DNA from: Candidatus Saccharimonadota bacterium
GTDB lineage: Archaea > Nanohalarchaeota > Nanosalinia > Nanosalinales > Nanosalinaceae
Direction of reading: 5' to 3'
NCBI RefSeq assembly: GCF_047555085.1
Contig: NZ_CP180230.1
Location: 420,001-452,000 of the forward strand
DNA length: 32,000 nt
The position numbers and the translations under genes are program-made. The notes beneath the pieces were generated by a model. That model worked only from the letters and a program-made list of their open reading frames with translations, searched no databases and was not told where the DNA came from. Positions 17,219-25,873 of the stretch are shown here, piece by piece. The stretch's first letter is position 1. The number at the start of each line of letters is the position of its first letter.

Positions 17219-18312
17219 TTGTTCTCACCTGGAAAATTCTCATCTATGAAGTCCATAACAATTCTGTAATAGTCGCCGAGGCTATCGATAACTGCGTATT
17301 CATCTGGAGCGTGTGCATTGTAGCCTTCAGGCCCGAAGACAACTGCAGGAATCCCGTTCTCCGTCAGGAAACGCATGTCGCTTCCCGGCTCTTTTCTTGA
17401 AACTTTACAGTTCTCTTCAAACTTTTCAGCAGAGGCCTTCAGGGACTTGACGAATTTATTTTCCTGATCCGTCGACAGCATTGACTCATTCAAAGATTCC
17501 TCAAGTTCGAGGCCTTCAATTTTTCTTAAATCTTCAAGAACTTTCTCGTTCGGATACTCTCTCGCTGTCCGGATATCAAGCCAGGCCTCACATTTCTCAG
17601 GTACCTTGTTCGTCGAGTCTCCTGCCCTGACTTTTCCGAGGTTTACTGTAGTCACCCAGTTTTCCCCGTTTTCGTGGTCCTTGAACAGGCCTTTGATTTC
17701 AGGCCATTTCTCCATGAATTTCTCCATTGCGTTTTCCCCGTTCCATGGACGTGATCCGTGTGCGGAGAGGCCTTCTGTAGATACTTTTACCTGTAGAATT
17801 CCTTTCTGATCGGTGATTATGTCGAGGTAGCCGTCGATATTGTTTGGCTCGGCGGAGATAGCGAATTCAGGACTGTATTTTTCCGAGAAAAGGTATCCTG
17901 CTCCGTTGAATCCTCCACGTTCCTCGTCGGAGACTATCATCAGACCGACGCTGGGTTTTTCTTCTTTCACATCTTTCATCGCCGTCATCAGTGCGGCGAC
18001 ACCTGCTTTCATGTCGGCTGTCCCTCTACCATATAGTTTGCCGTCTTTCCTCTCTGTTTCGAACATTTCATCCGGGGCCTCTATCACATCGATGTGGCCG
18101 TGAAGCATCAGATCAGGGTTTTCATCTCCGAAAGTGATTACCATGGACGGTATATCATTTTTCTCGTGTCTGGTAACTTCGAATTCAGGATCTGAGAAAT
18201 ATTCTTCGATGAAGTCCAGACATTTGTTTATCTCCTCGAGATTATCGTTCGTTGATTTAAACTCTACAAGTTTCTCCGTTAGTTCAAGTATTTCCTCCTG
18301 TTTATCGTCCAT
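17215..18312 (-). CDS. M20-family metallopeptidase (ArgE/DapE/carboxypeptidase-like)
   Basis: 365 aa. Contains LMLHGHIDVI (metal His), GRGTADMKAGVAA (Asp bridge) and SDEERGG (catalytic/metal Glu pair). Its stop overlaps the M29 gene start by 4 nt (ATGA-type coupling). Confidence 0.8.
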   Translation of the reverse strand: MDDKQEEILELTEKLVEFKSTNDNLEEINKCLDFIEEYFSDPEFEVTRHEKNDIPSMVITFGDENPDLMLHGHIDVIEAPDEMFETERKDGKLYGRGTADMKAGVAALMTAMKDVKEEKPSVGLMIVSDEERGGFNGAGYLFSEKYSPEFAISAEPNNIDGYLDIITDQKGILQVKVSTEGLSAHGSRPWNGENAMEKFMEKWPEIKGLFKDHENGENWVTTVNLGKVRAGDSTNKVPEKCEAWLDIRTAREYPNEKVLEDLRKIEGLELEESLNESMLSTDQENKFVKSLKASAEKFEENCKVSRKEPGSDMRFLTENGIPAVVFGPEGYNAHAPDEYAVIDSLGDYYRIVMDFIDENFPGENK

Positions 18313-18358
18313 AGCTAGACCTTGAAGTTTAACAGACTTAAATTTTCAGTACATATGG

Positions 18359-18619
18359 ATGTCTATGGATTTCGACAGTTTTGAGCAGGCGGTAGATTAC
18401 GCTGAAGGAGAACATGAAGATCTAGATGGAAGAGAGTTTGAAGCATCTGTAAGAGAATCTCTATCGGCTATGGGGTTCGACACAAGACTTCTGGCGGATG
18501 GAGAACTTGACGGAGAAATAGTCAATAATTATGAAGTAGAGACAGATGAAGGAAGTTACAGAATCGAGGTCCGCAGAGATTCATCCGAAGTAGAGATCTA
18601 CAGTACTCCCGAGGCCTGA
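18359..18619 (+). CDS. Small acidic hypothetical protein (86 aa)
   Basis: ORF with the host-like acidic composition. I recognise no motif. Confidence 0.45.
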   Translation: MSMDFDSFEQAVDYAEGEHEDLDGREFEASVRESLSAMGFDTRLLADGELDGEIVNNYEVETDEGSYRIEVRRDSSEVEIYSTPEA

Positions 18620-18659
18620 ATCACAAGAGATAAATCATTCCTTTCCTATTACCTGTTTT

Positions 18660-19031
18660 ATGAGCTCTCAGGCAAGGCCGGAAACTACTTTTGAAAGAGT
18701 TCAGAACGCTGCTCCAGAGAAGCTATACGATGATATTCCAGAGCTTACAGGTCTTGATGAGAGATATGTTGTTTTTGAATATGATCTCGGTGGCGGTGTA
18801 GGTGTTATACCATCTGAAGAAATAAAGAGAATACTTGAAGAAGGCCGAGAACAGGGAGAGATATTCCCGGTCTTCAGAGGTATAGAAGCCAGCGAGGCCT
18901 ATGTCAGGAACGCCGTGGAAAACGGAGAAGGCCTGATGACTGCCCGACTTGAAGACGGCGAAGTCTACAGCACCGGCTACATGATTGACGATGAGGAATT
19001 GAAAGGCCTGATGACTTTCTCAACCGACTGA
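18660..19031 (+). CDS. Acidic hypothetical protein (123 aa)
   Basis: ORF with the host-like acidic composition. Its 3' end overlaps the convergent gene by 12 nt. I recognise no motif. Confidence 0.5.
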   Translation: MSSQARPETTFERVQNAAPEKLYDDIPELTGLDERYVVFEYDLGGGVGVIPSEEIKRILEEGREQGEIFPVFRGIEASEAYVRNAVENGEGLMTARLEDGEVYSTGYMIDDEELKGLMTFSTD

Positions 19032-20150
19032 TACTCTTCTTACATGGTCAACAGGCCCTTTTCCGTGGTCCTGGTAATCTATTCCTGTTGCGTCAAGTGC
19101 TTCAAGCGCCGAGTCTATCAACTGTATTTCTCCTGTGCCATCTTTTGAATACTGGAATCCAAGTGCATCGCTTACTTCATCATCATAGTTCATTGCTTCA
19201 GGGCTGAATCTTTCTGGTGTAAATCCTCTCTCTGAAAGCTCCTGACTTGCCTCCCAGGCTGATTCATCATTGGCATCAAACTCCACACCAACCCATCGGA
19301 CATCATCGTCCTCTAGGGCCTGATCTACAGCATCCAGAGCTTCATCTATCGACTGTTCGCCGCCCGGTGTCAACTGGTAGCTCGCCATCTTTCCAACTTC
19401 ATCGTCGTAAACTTTCTCGGTTAAATGGTATCCAGCGTTCACTTCTTCAGGCCCTACATGGAGATCCCTGCTCAAGGCCTCTCCATCCCGTTCCTCGTTC
19501 ACTCCGGAAAGAACCTGATCTACAAGGCCTACAGTATCGTCTGTTACAAATACGTCTCTGGAATCTCCTGCAGTGAATTCGTAGTTGCCATCAGGATATA
19601 CCATCGGTACGACGGTTTCACGGCCTTCTCCGTTGAAGATTTCAGGATACTTGTTAACACTGACGCCTTCCGGTACAGCACCTTTCTTCGCATGACCATG
19701 CTGAGTCTTCGCATGTGTGGATGAGACTGGATGTGTGACGTATCTATCCGCATCGGAGTTTCTGGCTACCTGAACTCTCTGATTCACAAGATCCTGATAA
19801 AACGGTGCTCCATCCATCTCCTGGAAATCAGGGTCAAGGACAATTCCTCCGAACTCGGCCTCATGTCCACCACGATGGAACTTCACTGAGCCTGTTCCAA
19901 CTACTGTATCTTCAGGCACTTCCTCTCCGTCTATAACCTGTCCGCCCTTAACCTCTACCACAAAGTTTTCACTATCTCCTCCAGGAATAACTTCCTCCTG
20001 AACCATTGCGGGATCAGTAAAGGCAACGAATGGATAATCCTCATAGACAGCGTTGTAGGCCTGTGCTATACCCTGAGCATCCATCTCATCGGCTCTTGCA
20101 GGCCTTACATGGTAGTTTACTGCGTCCTGTTCTTGGTCCATTTCCGGCAC
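19020..20150 (-). CDS. Conserved hypothetical, probable double GNAT-fold acyltransferase-like protein (paralog B)
   Basis: 376 aa, alignable by eye with 12284-13492. The pairs are GTGSVKFHRGGHEAEFGGIVLDPDFQ / GVGAIKFQDNLAELGSTIIREDDR; KTQHGHAKKGAVPEGVSVNKYPEIFNGEGRETVVPMVY / ATQHVANQHDFAVTGVYDKKFPMAYRGKGRVTVVDMIW; RWVGVEFDANDES...ELSERGFTPERFSP / YWIGLTLDANSPY...ELEGLGFEYAGFNP. Confidence 0.45.
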   Translation of the reverse strand: MPEMDQEQDAVNYHVRPARADEMDAQGIAQAYNAVYEDYPFVAFTDPAMVQEEVIPGGDSENFVVEVKGGQVIDGEEVPEDTVVGTGSVKFHRGGHEAEFGGIVLDPDFQEMDGAPFYQDLVNQRVQVARNSDADRYVTHPVSSTHAKTQHGHAKKGAVPEGVSVNKYPEIFNGEGRETVVPMVYPDGNYEFTAGDSRDVFVTDDTVGLVDQVLSGVNEERDGEALSRDLHVGPEEVNAGYHLTEKVYDDEVGKMASYQLTPGGEQSIDEALDAVDQALEDDDVRWVGVEFDANDESAWEASQELSERGFTPERFSPEAMNYDDEVSDALGFQYSKDGTGEIQLIDSALEALDATGIDYQDHGKGPVDHVRRVSVG

Positions 20151-20590
20151 CGATAGCTTTCGCTTCCGCTATTTGAATGATTTTGAGTTACCTTGGTGTC
20201 GTGTGGTTGTATGTTGTTGTGTTGTAGTGTCATAGATTGAGTATCACCAAAAACAGAAACTTTCGAGGCGTATAGAGGCCTCTACAGAATCAGGATAATC
20301 AGCAGAATAATAGATACGGCACTGAATCTAGCTGAAGTCAAGTCAGTGCACTTTGAATTTGAAAACTGTGAAAAAACTGTAGAACTGTTAGAGCCAAGGC
20401 TAAAGCTATGATAATTACAGCTCTTGCAGAACGCGGCCACCCTTCTGGAGGCCTTCAATAAAACGTCCACCCTTGATTGCCTTGGACATAGACTCTGTTA
20501 TGACACTATCGTTTAAATACCTGTTGTAAATTCTATGTGTTTTTTCTGCAGGCCTCTATCTTGTGTTTCTGCGGCGTTCGTTCACTCACC

Positions 20591-20600
20591 TATTTAAATT
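20591..20600 (+). promoter_or_regulatory. Candidate TATA box (TATTTAAATT) for psmB
   Basis: AT-rich TATA-like octamer about 65 nt upstream of the ATG at 20663. A GGTGAT SD-like element lies at 20651-20656. Confidence 0.35.
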
Positions 20601-20662
20601 TGGCATGTCAATCTAAGCGTAGGAAGTTTTTCCTGATTACTGCATTTCTCGGTGATGATTTA

Positions 20663-21310
20663 ATGGAAAATAATGTTCAACAGAAGGGAAAGGATATGAA
20701 GGAATTTGAAACCGGTACAACTACTGTAGGCCTTACTACAGAAGAAGGAGTAATCCTGGCAGCTGATAAGAGAGCCTCTATGGGCCGCTTGACAGCTTCC
20801 AAGTTTGCGCAAAAGGTCTACAAAATTGATGATAATCTGGGCCTTACTATCGCGGGAAGCGTCGGCGATGCACAGAAGATCGTCCGCTTGATGCGTTCAC
20901 AGCTGAAGATGAAGAAGCTGGAGACAAAAGAGCTCAGCGTTAAAGGAGCAGGCACACTGCTTGCAAATATTCTTCACGGCAACAAGATGATGCCGTTCAT
21001 GAACCAGTTCATTCTTGGAGGAGTCGACGATGGAGAGGGAGTTCTCTACGATCTCGATCCTGCAGGAGGCCTGATGAAGCATGAAAAGTTTACAGCAACA
21101 GGTTCAGGAAGCCAGATGGCATACGGAGTTCTTGAAGATGACTTCCAGAGCAATCTTGAACACGAGAAAGGGAAAGAACTTGCCATCAGAGCCGTACAGT
21201 CCGCTATTGAGAGAGATACAGCATCCGGAAACGGTATAATGGTCGTAGAGATCACGGAAGACGGCTACAACGTAGTAGAGGATAGAGAAATAGAGTCGAA
21301 GCTTGCGTAA
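20663..21310 (+). CDS. psmB: Proteasome beta subunit (with propeptide)
   Basis: I start at the ATG at 20663 (MENNVQQKGKDMKEFETG|TTTVGL...). The G|TTTVG processing site with the catalytic Thr1 and GSVGDAQ, GTGSG are typical of archaeal PsmB. The 42 upstream codons in the track ORF are Cys/Phe-rich and non-acidic, so I excluded them. Confidence 0.9.
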   Translation: MENNVQQKGKDMKEFETGTTTVGLTTEEGVILAADKRASMGRLTASKFAQKVYKIDDNLGLTIAGSVGDAQKIVRLMRSQLKMKKLETKELSVKGAGTLLANILHGNKMMPFMNQFILGGVDDGEGVLYDLDPAGGLMKHEKFTATGSGSQMAYGVLEDDFQSNLEHEKGKELAIRAVQSAIERDTASGNGIMVVEITEDGYNVVEDREIESKLA

Positions 21311-21412
21311 GCAGGCCTCTCAATATTTTTCTACTTTTTCTATCCTATCCAGAGTTACAGTTCAGAAGTTTACAACAGATGATTCAAACAATTTTTAGGT
21401 GATATTACAAAA

Positions 21413-23290
21413 ATGAAAGACTTAGACGATGTCGAGGATCTTCTGCCTGCAGATGCGCAGATAGCAGATCTTAGATATGAAGCATCGGACATAATTGTTT
21501 ATACAAACAGCAAAGAATTCTTCCTCGATCATTCCGAGGTAATTAAAGAAGTAGTTTCAAAGGTTAAGAAACGAGTGGAGGTAAGGCCTTCACAGAAACT
21601 TTTCAGAGACCCTGAGACTGCAAAGAAAAATCTAAAGGAAATTTTAACTGATGAAGCAGGCCTTGAAGATGTTATTTTCCAGCCTTCACTTGGAAAAATG
21701 ATTATCAGAGCAGAGAAGCCTGGAACTGTCATAGGTAAGCAGGGCTCAGGCCTTCAGGAAATCAGAGAAAAGACTCTGTGGGATCCACAGGTTGAGAGAG
21801 TTCCTGCGATCCAGTCAAAGGTAGTTGACAGAGCCAGAGAACTTACTGTAGAGGATCCTGATTTCAGGAAGGACTTCCTCCACGAAGTCGGTGAGAAGAT
21901 TCGCCTGAAAAAATCTGTAGGCGATGAATGGATAAGAGTTTCAGGCCTTGGAGGATGCAGGCAGGTAGGACGCTCATGCTTCCTGATCCAGACAGAGGAA
22001 TCCAACGTTTTGCTTGACTGTGGTATCAATCCAAGTGCAGAACCGGGTTCAAAGGAGAACTATCCTTATCTGAATGCTCCAGAGCTTGATCTCAGGGATC
22101 TGGATGCTGTAGTTCTTTCACACGCACACATGGATCACTGTGGAATGATTCCGTATCTGTACAAGATGGGATACGACGGCCCTCTTTACTGTACCGAGCC
22201 TACAAGAGATCTGATGATTATGCTTACACTTGATTACATAGGCCTGGCTCACGGTGAAGGAGGCGATGCACCGTATGATTCATCACACATCAAGAAGGCT
22301 GTGAAGAGAACTATCACGCCTGACTTTGGAGAAGTTACTGATATCACGCCGGACATGCGCCTTACATTGAAGAACTCCGGGCACATCATTGGATCGGCGT
22401 TGACACATATCCACGTCGGAGAAGGCCTTCACAACATTCTGTACACAGGAGATTACAACTACGATAATACAGAGATGTTGAGAGCTGCGGATACGGACTT
22501 CCAGAGAGTGGAGACGATGATTACAGAATCCACTTACGGAGGACGTGACGATAAACAGACTCCGAGAGACGAATCCAACAAGAAGTTCCTCTCGAAAGTT
22601 AAACAGACCTTGAGCAAGGGAGGAAAAGTCATAGTGCCTGTATTCGCTGTCGGCCGAAGTCAGGAAGTACTGGGCCTTCTGGCAGATGAGATGGACAGAG
22701 ACTACTTTGACTACCCTGTATACATCGATGGAATGATCAAGGGAGCCAACGCATTACACACCGCTTATCCAGAGTTCCTCTCGAACAAGGTACAGGACAA
22801 AATCTTCAAGGAGGAAAACTCTCCGTTCATCAAGGATAACGTACAGCCTATTGGAAGCCATTCTGAAAGAAAACAAGTTCATGATGATGGGCCTTGCATC
22901 ATCCTGACAACTTCAGGAAGTATCACAGGAGGCCCAGTCATGTCATACCTTCAGGAAGAGGCCTCTGATCCGAAGAACTCACTTATCTTCGTAGGATACC
23001 AGTTCGAGGGATCGCTTGGAAGAGACATACAGAACGGTGCAGACGAAATCGAGATCAACGGCGAAAAAGTCGAAGTCAATCTCGATGTCTCCAGCGTTTC
23101 AGGATTCTCCGCGCACAGCGACAGACAGCAGATAATCAACTTCGCAAAGAATCTGAGGTCTACTCCGAACAGAATCTTCACGAATCACGGAGAAGAATCC
23201 AAGTGCTTCTCGCTGGCATCGACACTTCACAAGATTCTTCACGTCGACACATCAGCACCACAGAATCTTGAAGCCAACAGACTCAACTAG
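21413..23290 (+). CDS. aCPSF1/FttA: KH-domain beta-CASP metallo-beta-lactamase ribonuclease (transcription termination/RNA processing)
   Basis: 625 aa. The N-terminal tandem KH region (IGKQGSGLQEIRE) is followed by the MBL motifs LLDCG, HAHMDHCG and GH..GSA, then beta-CASP motifs and a C-terminal ...FSAHSD...NHGE. AGGTGA SD lies at 21397-21402. Confidence 0.92.
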   Translation: MKDLDDVEDLLPADAQIADLRYEASDIIVYTNSKEFFLDHSEVIKEVVSKVKKRVEVRPSQKLFRDPETAKKNLKEILTDEAGLEDVIFQPSLGKMIIRAEKPGTVIGKQGSGLQEIREKTLWDPQVERVPAIQSKVVDRARELTVEDPDFRKDFLHEVGEKIRLKKSVGDEWIRVSGLGGCRQVGRSCFLIQTEESNVLLDCGINPSAEPGSKENYPYLNAPELDLRDLDAVVLSHAHMDHCGMIPYLYKMGYDGPLYCTEPTRDLMIMLTLDYIGLAHGEGGDAPYDSSHIKKAVKRTITPDFGEVTDITPDMRLTLKNSGHIIGSALTHIHVGEGLHNILYTGDYNYDNTEMLRAADTDFQRVETMITESTYGGRDDKQTPRDESNKKFLSKVKQTLSKGGKVIVPVFAVGRSQEVLGLLADEMDRDYFDYPVYIDGMIKGANALHTAYPEFLSNKVQDKIFKEENSPFIKDNVQPIGSHSERKQVHDDGPCIILTTSGSITGGPVMSYLQEEASDPKNSLIFVGYQFEGSLGRDIQNGADEIEINGEKVEVNLDVSSVSGFSAHSDRQQIINFAKNLRSTPNRIFTNHGEESKCFSLASTLHKILHVDTSAPQNLEANRLN

Positions 23291-23323
23291 AAAATAGAGG
23301 CCTAACAGGCCCTATTCCCTACA

Positions 23324-23329
23324 TTTTTT
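23324..23329 (+). terminator. T6 run after aCPSF1
   Basis: CATTTTTTC lies 34 nt downstream of the stop at 23288-23290. Confidence 0.4.
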
Positions 23330-23336
23330 CAAAAAT

Positions 23337-23347
23337 TTCTATAAATG
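23337..23347 (+). promoter_or_regulatory. Candidate TATA box (TTCTATAAATG) for the LamG gene, geometry of a leaderless transcript
   Basis: Centred about 26 nt upstream of the ATG at 23368 and preceded by an A-rich BRE-like tract. There is no SD. Confidence 0.45.
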
Positions 23348-23367
23348 CCTGTAGCCAATACATACGT

Positions 23368-24807
23368 ATGCCGAAGCTTTCGTGGAACAGCAATGATTTC
23401 CAGAACAGTCAGGATTCTTCCGGACTCACAGCTGATCAGGTCTCCCATGAAGGAAATTTACAGCAGGGATACCAGCATGGATCATTGACTAGAGGCCTCG
23501 TCGCATACTATCCTATGGAAAAAGGAGAAGGCCAGGTACTGCATGATGGTGCGATGGTTAACTTGGGACAGATTAATGGATCGAATTGGACTTCAGGAAG
23601 AATTGGACAGAACGCACTCAGTTTTAATGGGAGTGATAATTATGTACAGACATCGACTAAAGGCCCTTATGATCAAGAATCTTGGACGATATGTATTTGG
23701 CTGAAAACTTCTGCTACAGGTAATAATGCGGCAATAGGTAATTATGATGGTACTTTTCCACAGGTAAAGATTGTAGTTGATGAAGATGGAAATGGAAAAG
23801 CAAAGTTGAGGGTTCGCGATAGCGGGGGTTCAGATGTACAGCCAAGCTCAAATACTACTGTAAATGATGGTCAGTGGCATCATATCGTCGGGCAAAGAAG
23901 AAATGGTAAAGTTAATTTGTTTGTAGATGGAGTGAAAGAAAATTCTGTAGATGATGGTACTTCTGAGATAGATCTTACCAGTGCAGATGTTCGTATTGGT
24001 TCAAGGGCGGACAATATCGAGTTTTTTGATGGTAAACTTGAGGAAGCACGTTTCTATAATAGAGCACTCTCTAAGCCGGAGATAAATGCATTATATAATC
24101 AAGGAAATGGAATTCAGTCAGGAGTCCAGCAAAAGGAAAAAATGGTTCCGGGCCAAAGTGAAGGAGGAGTCTCACGTTGGAAGTTCAACGGCGACTTAAC
24201 AGATTCTTGGGGCAGCAACGACGGCACAAACAACGGAGCTATGTTTGATACCGGAGTATATGGACAAGCAGCAAAATTTAACGGAAGCAACGACGAAGTT
24301 ATAATTTCTAACGATAATTCTCTGACAGGTTTTGACTCGTTCAGCGTATGCTGCTGGATGAAACCACCTCGTACTGACTACCAGACCACGGTAGCTATGA
24401 GAAGCGGAGATGTGTGGCAACTGGAAAAGGGAGATCCTCAGGCTGGTTACGGCCCTATATTCCAAGTAGATGATGGATCTGGATCCTTTCCAGATGTGCG
24501 ACACGATTCTTCTCTAATCCAAAACAAATGGATTCATGTGGCAGGGATTAGAGATACCTCTGAAGATAAACTTAAATTATACATAAACGGCAGGATGATA
24601 AACCAGACAACAGAAGGTTTAGGAACGCCAACATTAAGTCCTGAAGGAGACCTCGGAATCGGTGCACGACAAAACGGAACTTCTTACTATTATGAAGGCC
24701 TCATAGATGATCTCAGACTATACCAGCAGGCCTTGACTCCTGTTCAAGTTGAGAAACTTTATCACAAAGGAGCTTACAGGATTCCAAGGAAAAGTACTTT
24801 ACAGTAG
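23368..24807 (+). CDS. Protein with two tandem LamG/concanavalin-A-like lectin domains (Laminin_G_3 type)
   Basis: Two copies of the pattern occur. Copy 1: LVAYYPMEKG...GQNALSFNGSDNYV...WTICIWLK...DGQWHHIV...LFVDG...VRIGS...FDGKLEEARFYNRALSKPEINALY. Copy 2: RWKFNGDL...GQAAKFNGSNDEV...FSVCCWMK...NKWIHVAG...LYING...LGIGAR...YEGLIDDLRLYQQALTPVQVEKLY. There is no N-terminal signal peptide or TM segment. Confidence 0.8.
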   Translation: MPKLSWNSNDFQNSQDSSGLTADQVSHEGNLQQGYQHGSLTRGLVAYYPMEKGEGQVLHDGAMVNLGQINGSNWTSGRIGQNALSFNGSDNYVQTSTKGPYDQESWTICIWLKTSATGNNAAIGNYDGTFPQVKIVVDEDGNGKAKLRVRDSGGSDVQPSSNTTVNDGQWHHIVGQRRNGKVNLFVDGVKENSVDDGTSEIDLTSADVRIGSRADNIEFFDGKLEEARFYNRALSKPEINALYNQGNGIQSGVQQKEKMVPGQSEGGVSRWKFNGDLTDSWGSNDGTNNGAMFDTGVYGQAAKFNGSNDEVIISNDNSLTGFDSFSVCCWMKPPRTDYQTTVAMRSGDVWQLEKGDPQAGYGPIFQVDDGSGSFPDVRHDSSLIQNKWIHVAGIRDTSEDKLKLYINGRMINQTTEGLGTPTLSPEGDLGIGARQNGTSYYYEGLIDDLRLYQQALTPVQVEKLYHKGAYRIPRKSTLQ

Positions 24808-24812
24808 GAGAA

Positions 24813-24819
24813 TTTTTTT
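24813..24819 (+). terminator. T7 run after the LamG gene
   Basis: AATTTTTTTC begins 6 nt after the TAG stop at 24805-24807. Confidence 0.45.
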
Positions 24820-24864
24820 CTGATCGGCGTATGAATTTTAAGCGAAACTTTCGAACTTGTGTTT

Positions 24865-25116
24865 ATGGTATACGAGATAAAATGTGATAACTGCGGTGAG
24901 ATAATTGATTTCGGCGGCAGAAAGCCGGAAGATTCTCTTAATCCAGAGGACAAGTTTCCTGATGATGCTATAAAATTTGATGGAAGCACGTACTGCAAGG
25001 CCTGTGTCAATGATCTGATTCAGTTCGGTGCTGGAAATATCACCAGCAGGATTGATCATCTTGAGGATAGGCTTAGAGAGGCCCTGGAAGCTCTGGGTAT
25101 ACCTTTCAAATCTTGA
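24865..25116 (+). CDS. Small Zn-ribbon protein (CxxC...CxxC) with C-terminal helix
   Basis: Reads MVYEIKCDNCGE...STYCKACVNDL... followed by an amphipathic IDHLEDRLREALEALG. I prefer the ATG at 24865 over the GTG at 24859. The AT-rich element AATTTTAAG lies about 25-30 nt upstream. Confidence 0.45.
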   Translation: MVYEIKCDNCGEIIDFGGRKPEDSLNPEDKFPDDAIKFDGSTYCKACVNDLIQFGAGNITSRIDHLEDRLREALEALGIPFKS

Positions 25117-25192
25117 TAGAAAAAATTCTTCAACTACGGATCGTGTACGGCCTTTGAAGTAGGAAAAGATCGGATAAATGTGTGGAGGGCCT

Positions 25193-25567
25193 TTAAGGGG
25201 CCTGACTTCCTTTCTCTTTTGTGCTTCTTGCAATTTCTGCGTAGCTTGGACAGGCCACGATCCAGCTTTCGTCGACTCCTGCCATGTCTCCGTCAATAGC
25301 TTTGATTGTCTTCTTCAGTCTGTTGACGGCTCTCTTCAGGTTGGTCATGTCTCGGCTCTTCAGGGGTCCGATGTTGATCCATACGATGTGATCATTTCTC
25401 AGGTGGTCCTGAACTGCTTCAATGTCGTCGAACTCCTGAAGTGTCTCGGCTCTTATAACAGCCTTTTTGTTGCCTTCTGCTACCTCTGCATCTAGCTCAA
25501 CAAAGTCATCGTCTACAATTTCTTCGGAGTCGTCCTGTTTATCTTTATTCAGAAAATTAAGTGGCAT
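25193..25567 (-). CDS. sepF: SepF-like cell-division protein (DUF552 family, FtsZ-associated)
   Basis: 124 aa. An acidic N-terminal tail is followed by VIRAETLQEFDDIEAVQDHLRNDHIVWINIGPL...LKRAVNRLKKTIKAIDGDMAGVDESWIVACP. This matches the SepF core (block-stopping region, R..D.L.G...a..G.i..i....l..P). GGAGGT SD lies 12 nt upstream. Confidence 0.65.
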   Translation of the reverse strand: MPLNFLNKDKQDDSEEIVDDDFVELDAEVAEGNKKAVIRAETLQEFDDIEAVQDHLRNDHIVWINIGPLKSRDMTNLKRAVNRLKKTIKAIDGDMAGVDESWIVACPSYAEIARSTKEKGSQAP

Positions 25568-25610
25568 TAATGTTATGCTACCTCCTAGTTGTAAGCGTGT
25601 TCTACACGTT

Positions 25611-25620
25611 TTTATATATT
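25611..25620 (-). promoter_or_regulatory. Candidate internal TATA box (minus strand AATATATAAA) ahead of sepF
   Basis: Located in the 57-nt UPF0147-sepF spacer, about 45-50 nt upstream of the sepF ATG. Confidence 0.3.
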
Positions 25621-25624
25621 GTCT

Positions 25625-25870
25625 TTAGCTGCTGAGGCTTTCTGTTTTAGATGCCAGGTTCCAGATCTCTGTCCTGGTGTGCTGTTTGATGTTAGGATCA
25701 TTGCTTACCTGATCCAGAAGTGATGATGCCGTATTGACACGTACCTCGAGATCTTTGTCCTCGTTTTCAAGTTCTTCAGCTGCCTCCCTGATCATATCGG
25801 CAACATTTGAAGGAACAGATCCCTCATCTGCCAGATCTCTCATTTGCTGTGTAACTGCTTCTACTGACAT
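25625..25870 (-). CDS. UPF0147-family small archaeal protein
   Basis: 81 aa. ...DEGSVPSNVADMIREAAEEL...RVNTASSLLDQVSNDPNIKQHTRTEIWNLAS..E matches the family pattern D..VPRN(I/V)R..A......L......R...A...LD.(I/V)S.DPN.P.H.RT.IW. Confidence 0.6.
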   Translation of the reverse strand: MSVEAVTQQMRDLADEGSVPSNVADMIREAAEELENEDKDLEVRVNTASSLLDQVSNDPNIKQHTRTEIWNLASKTESLSS

Positions 25871-25873
25871 TGT

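Noticed and set aside
20282-20470. 62-aa GTG-initiated minus-strand ORF in the 512-bp spacer, with a hydrophobic tail (SIILLIILIL)
   Set aside because: It is basic and Cys/Ser-rich, unlike the acidic proteome, and has neither SD nor TATA at a sensible distance. It is kept only as part of the 'long spacer' observation.
20537-20662. 42-codon N-terminal extension of psmB given in the track (MFFLQASILCFCGV...)
   Set aside because: It has a non-ATG start and a hydrophobic, Cys-rich, non-acidic sequence. It contains the TATA-like TATTTAAATT and the GGTGAT SD that serve the ATG at 20663.
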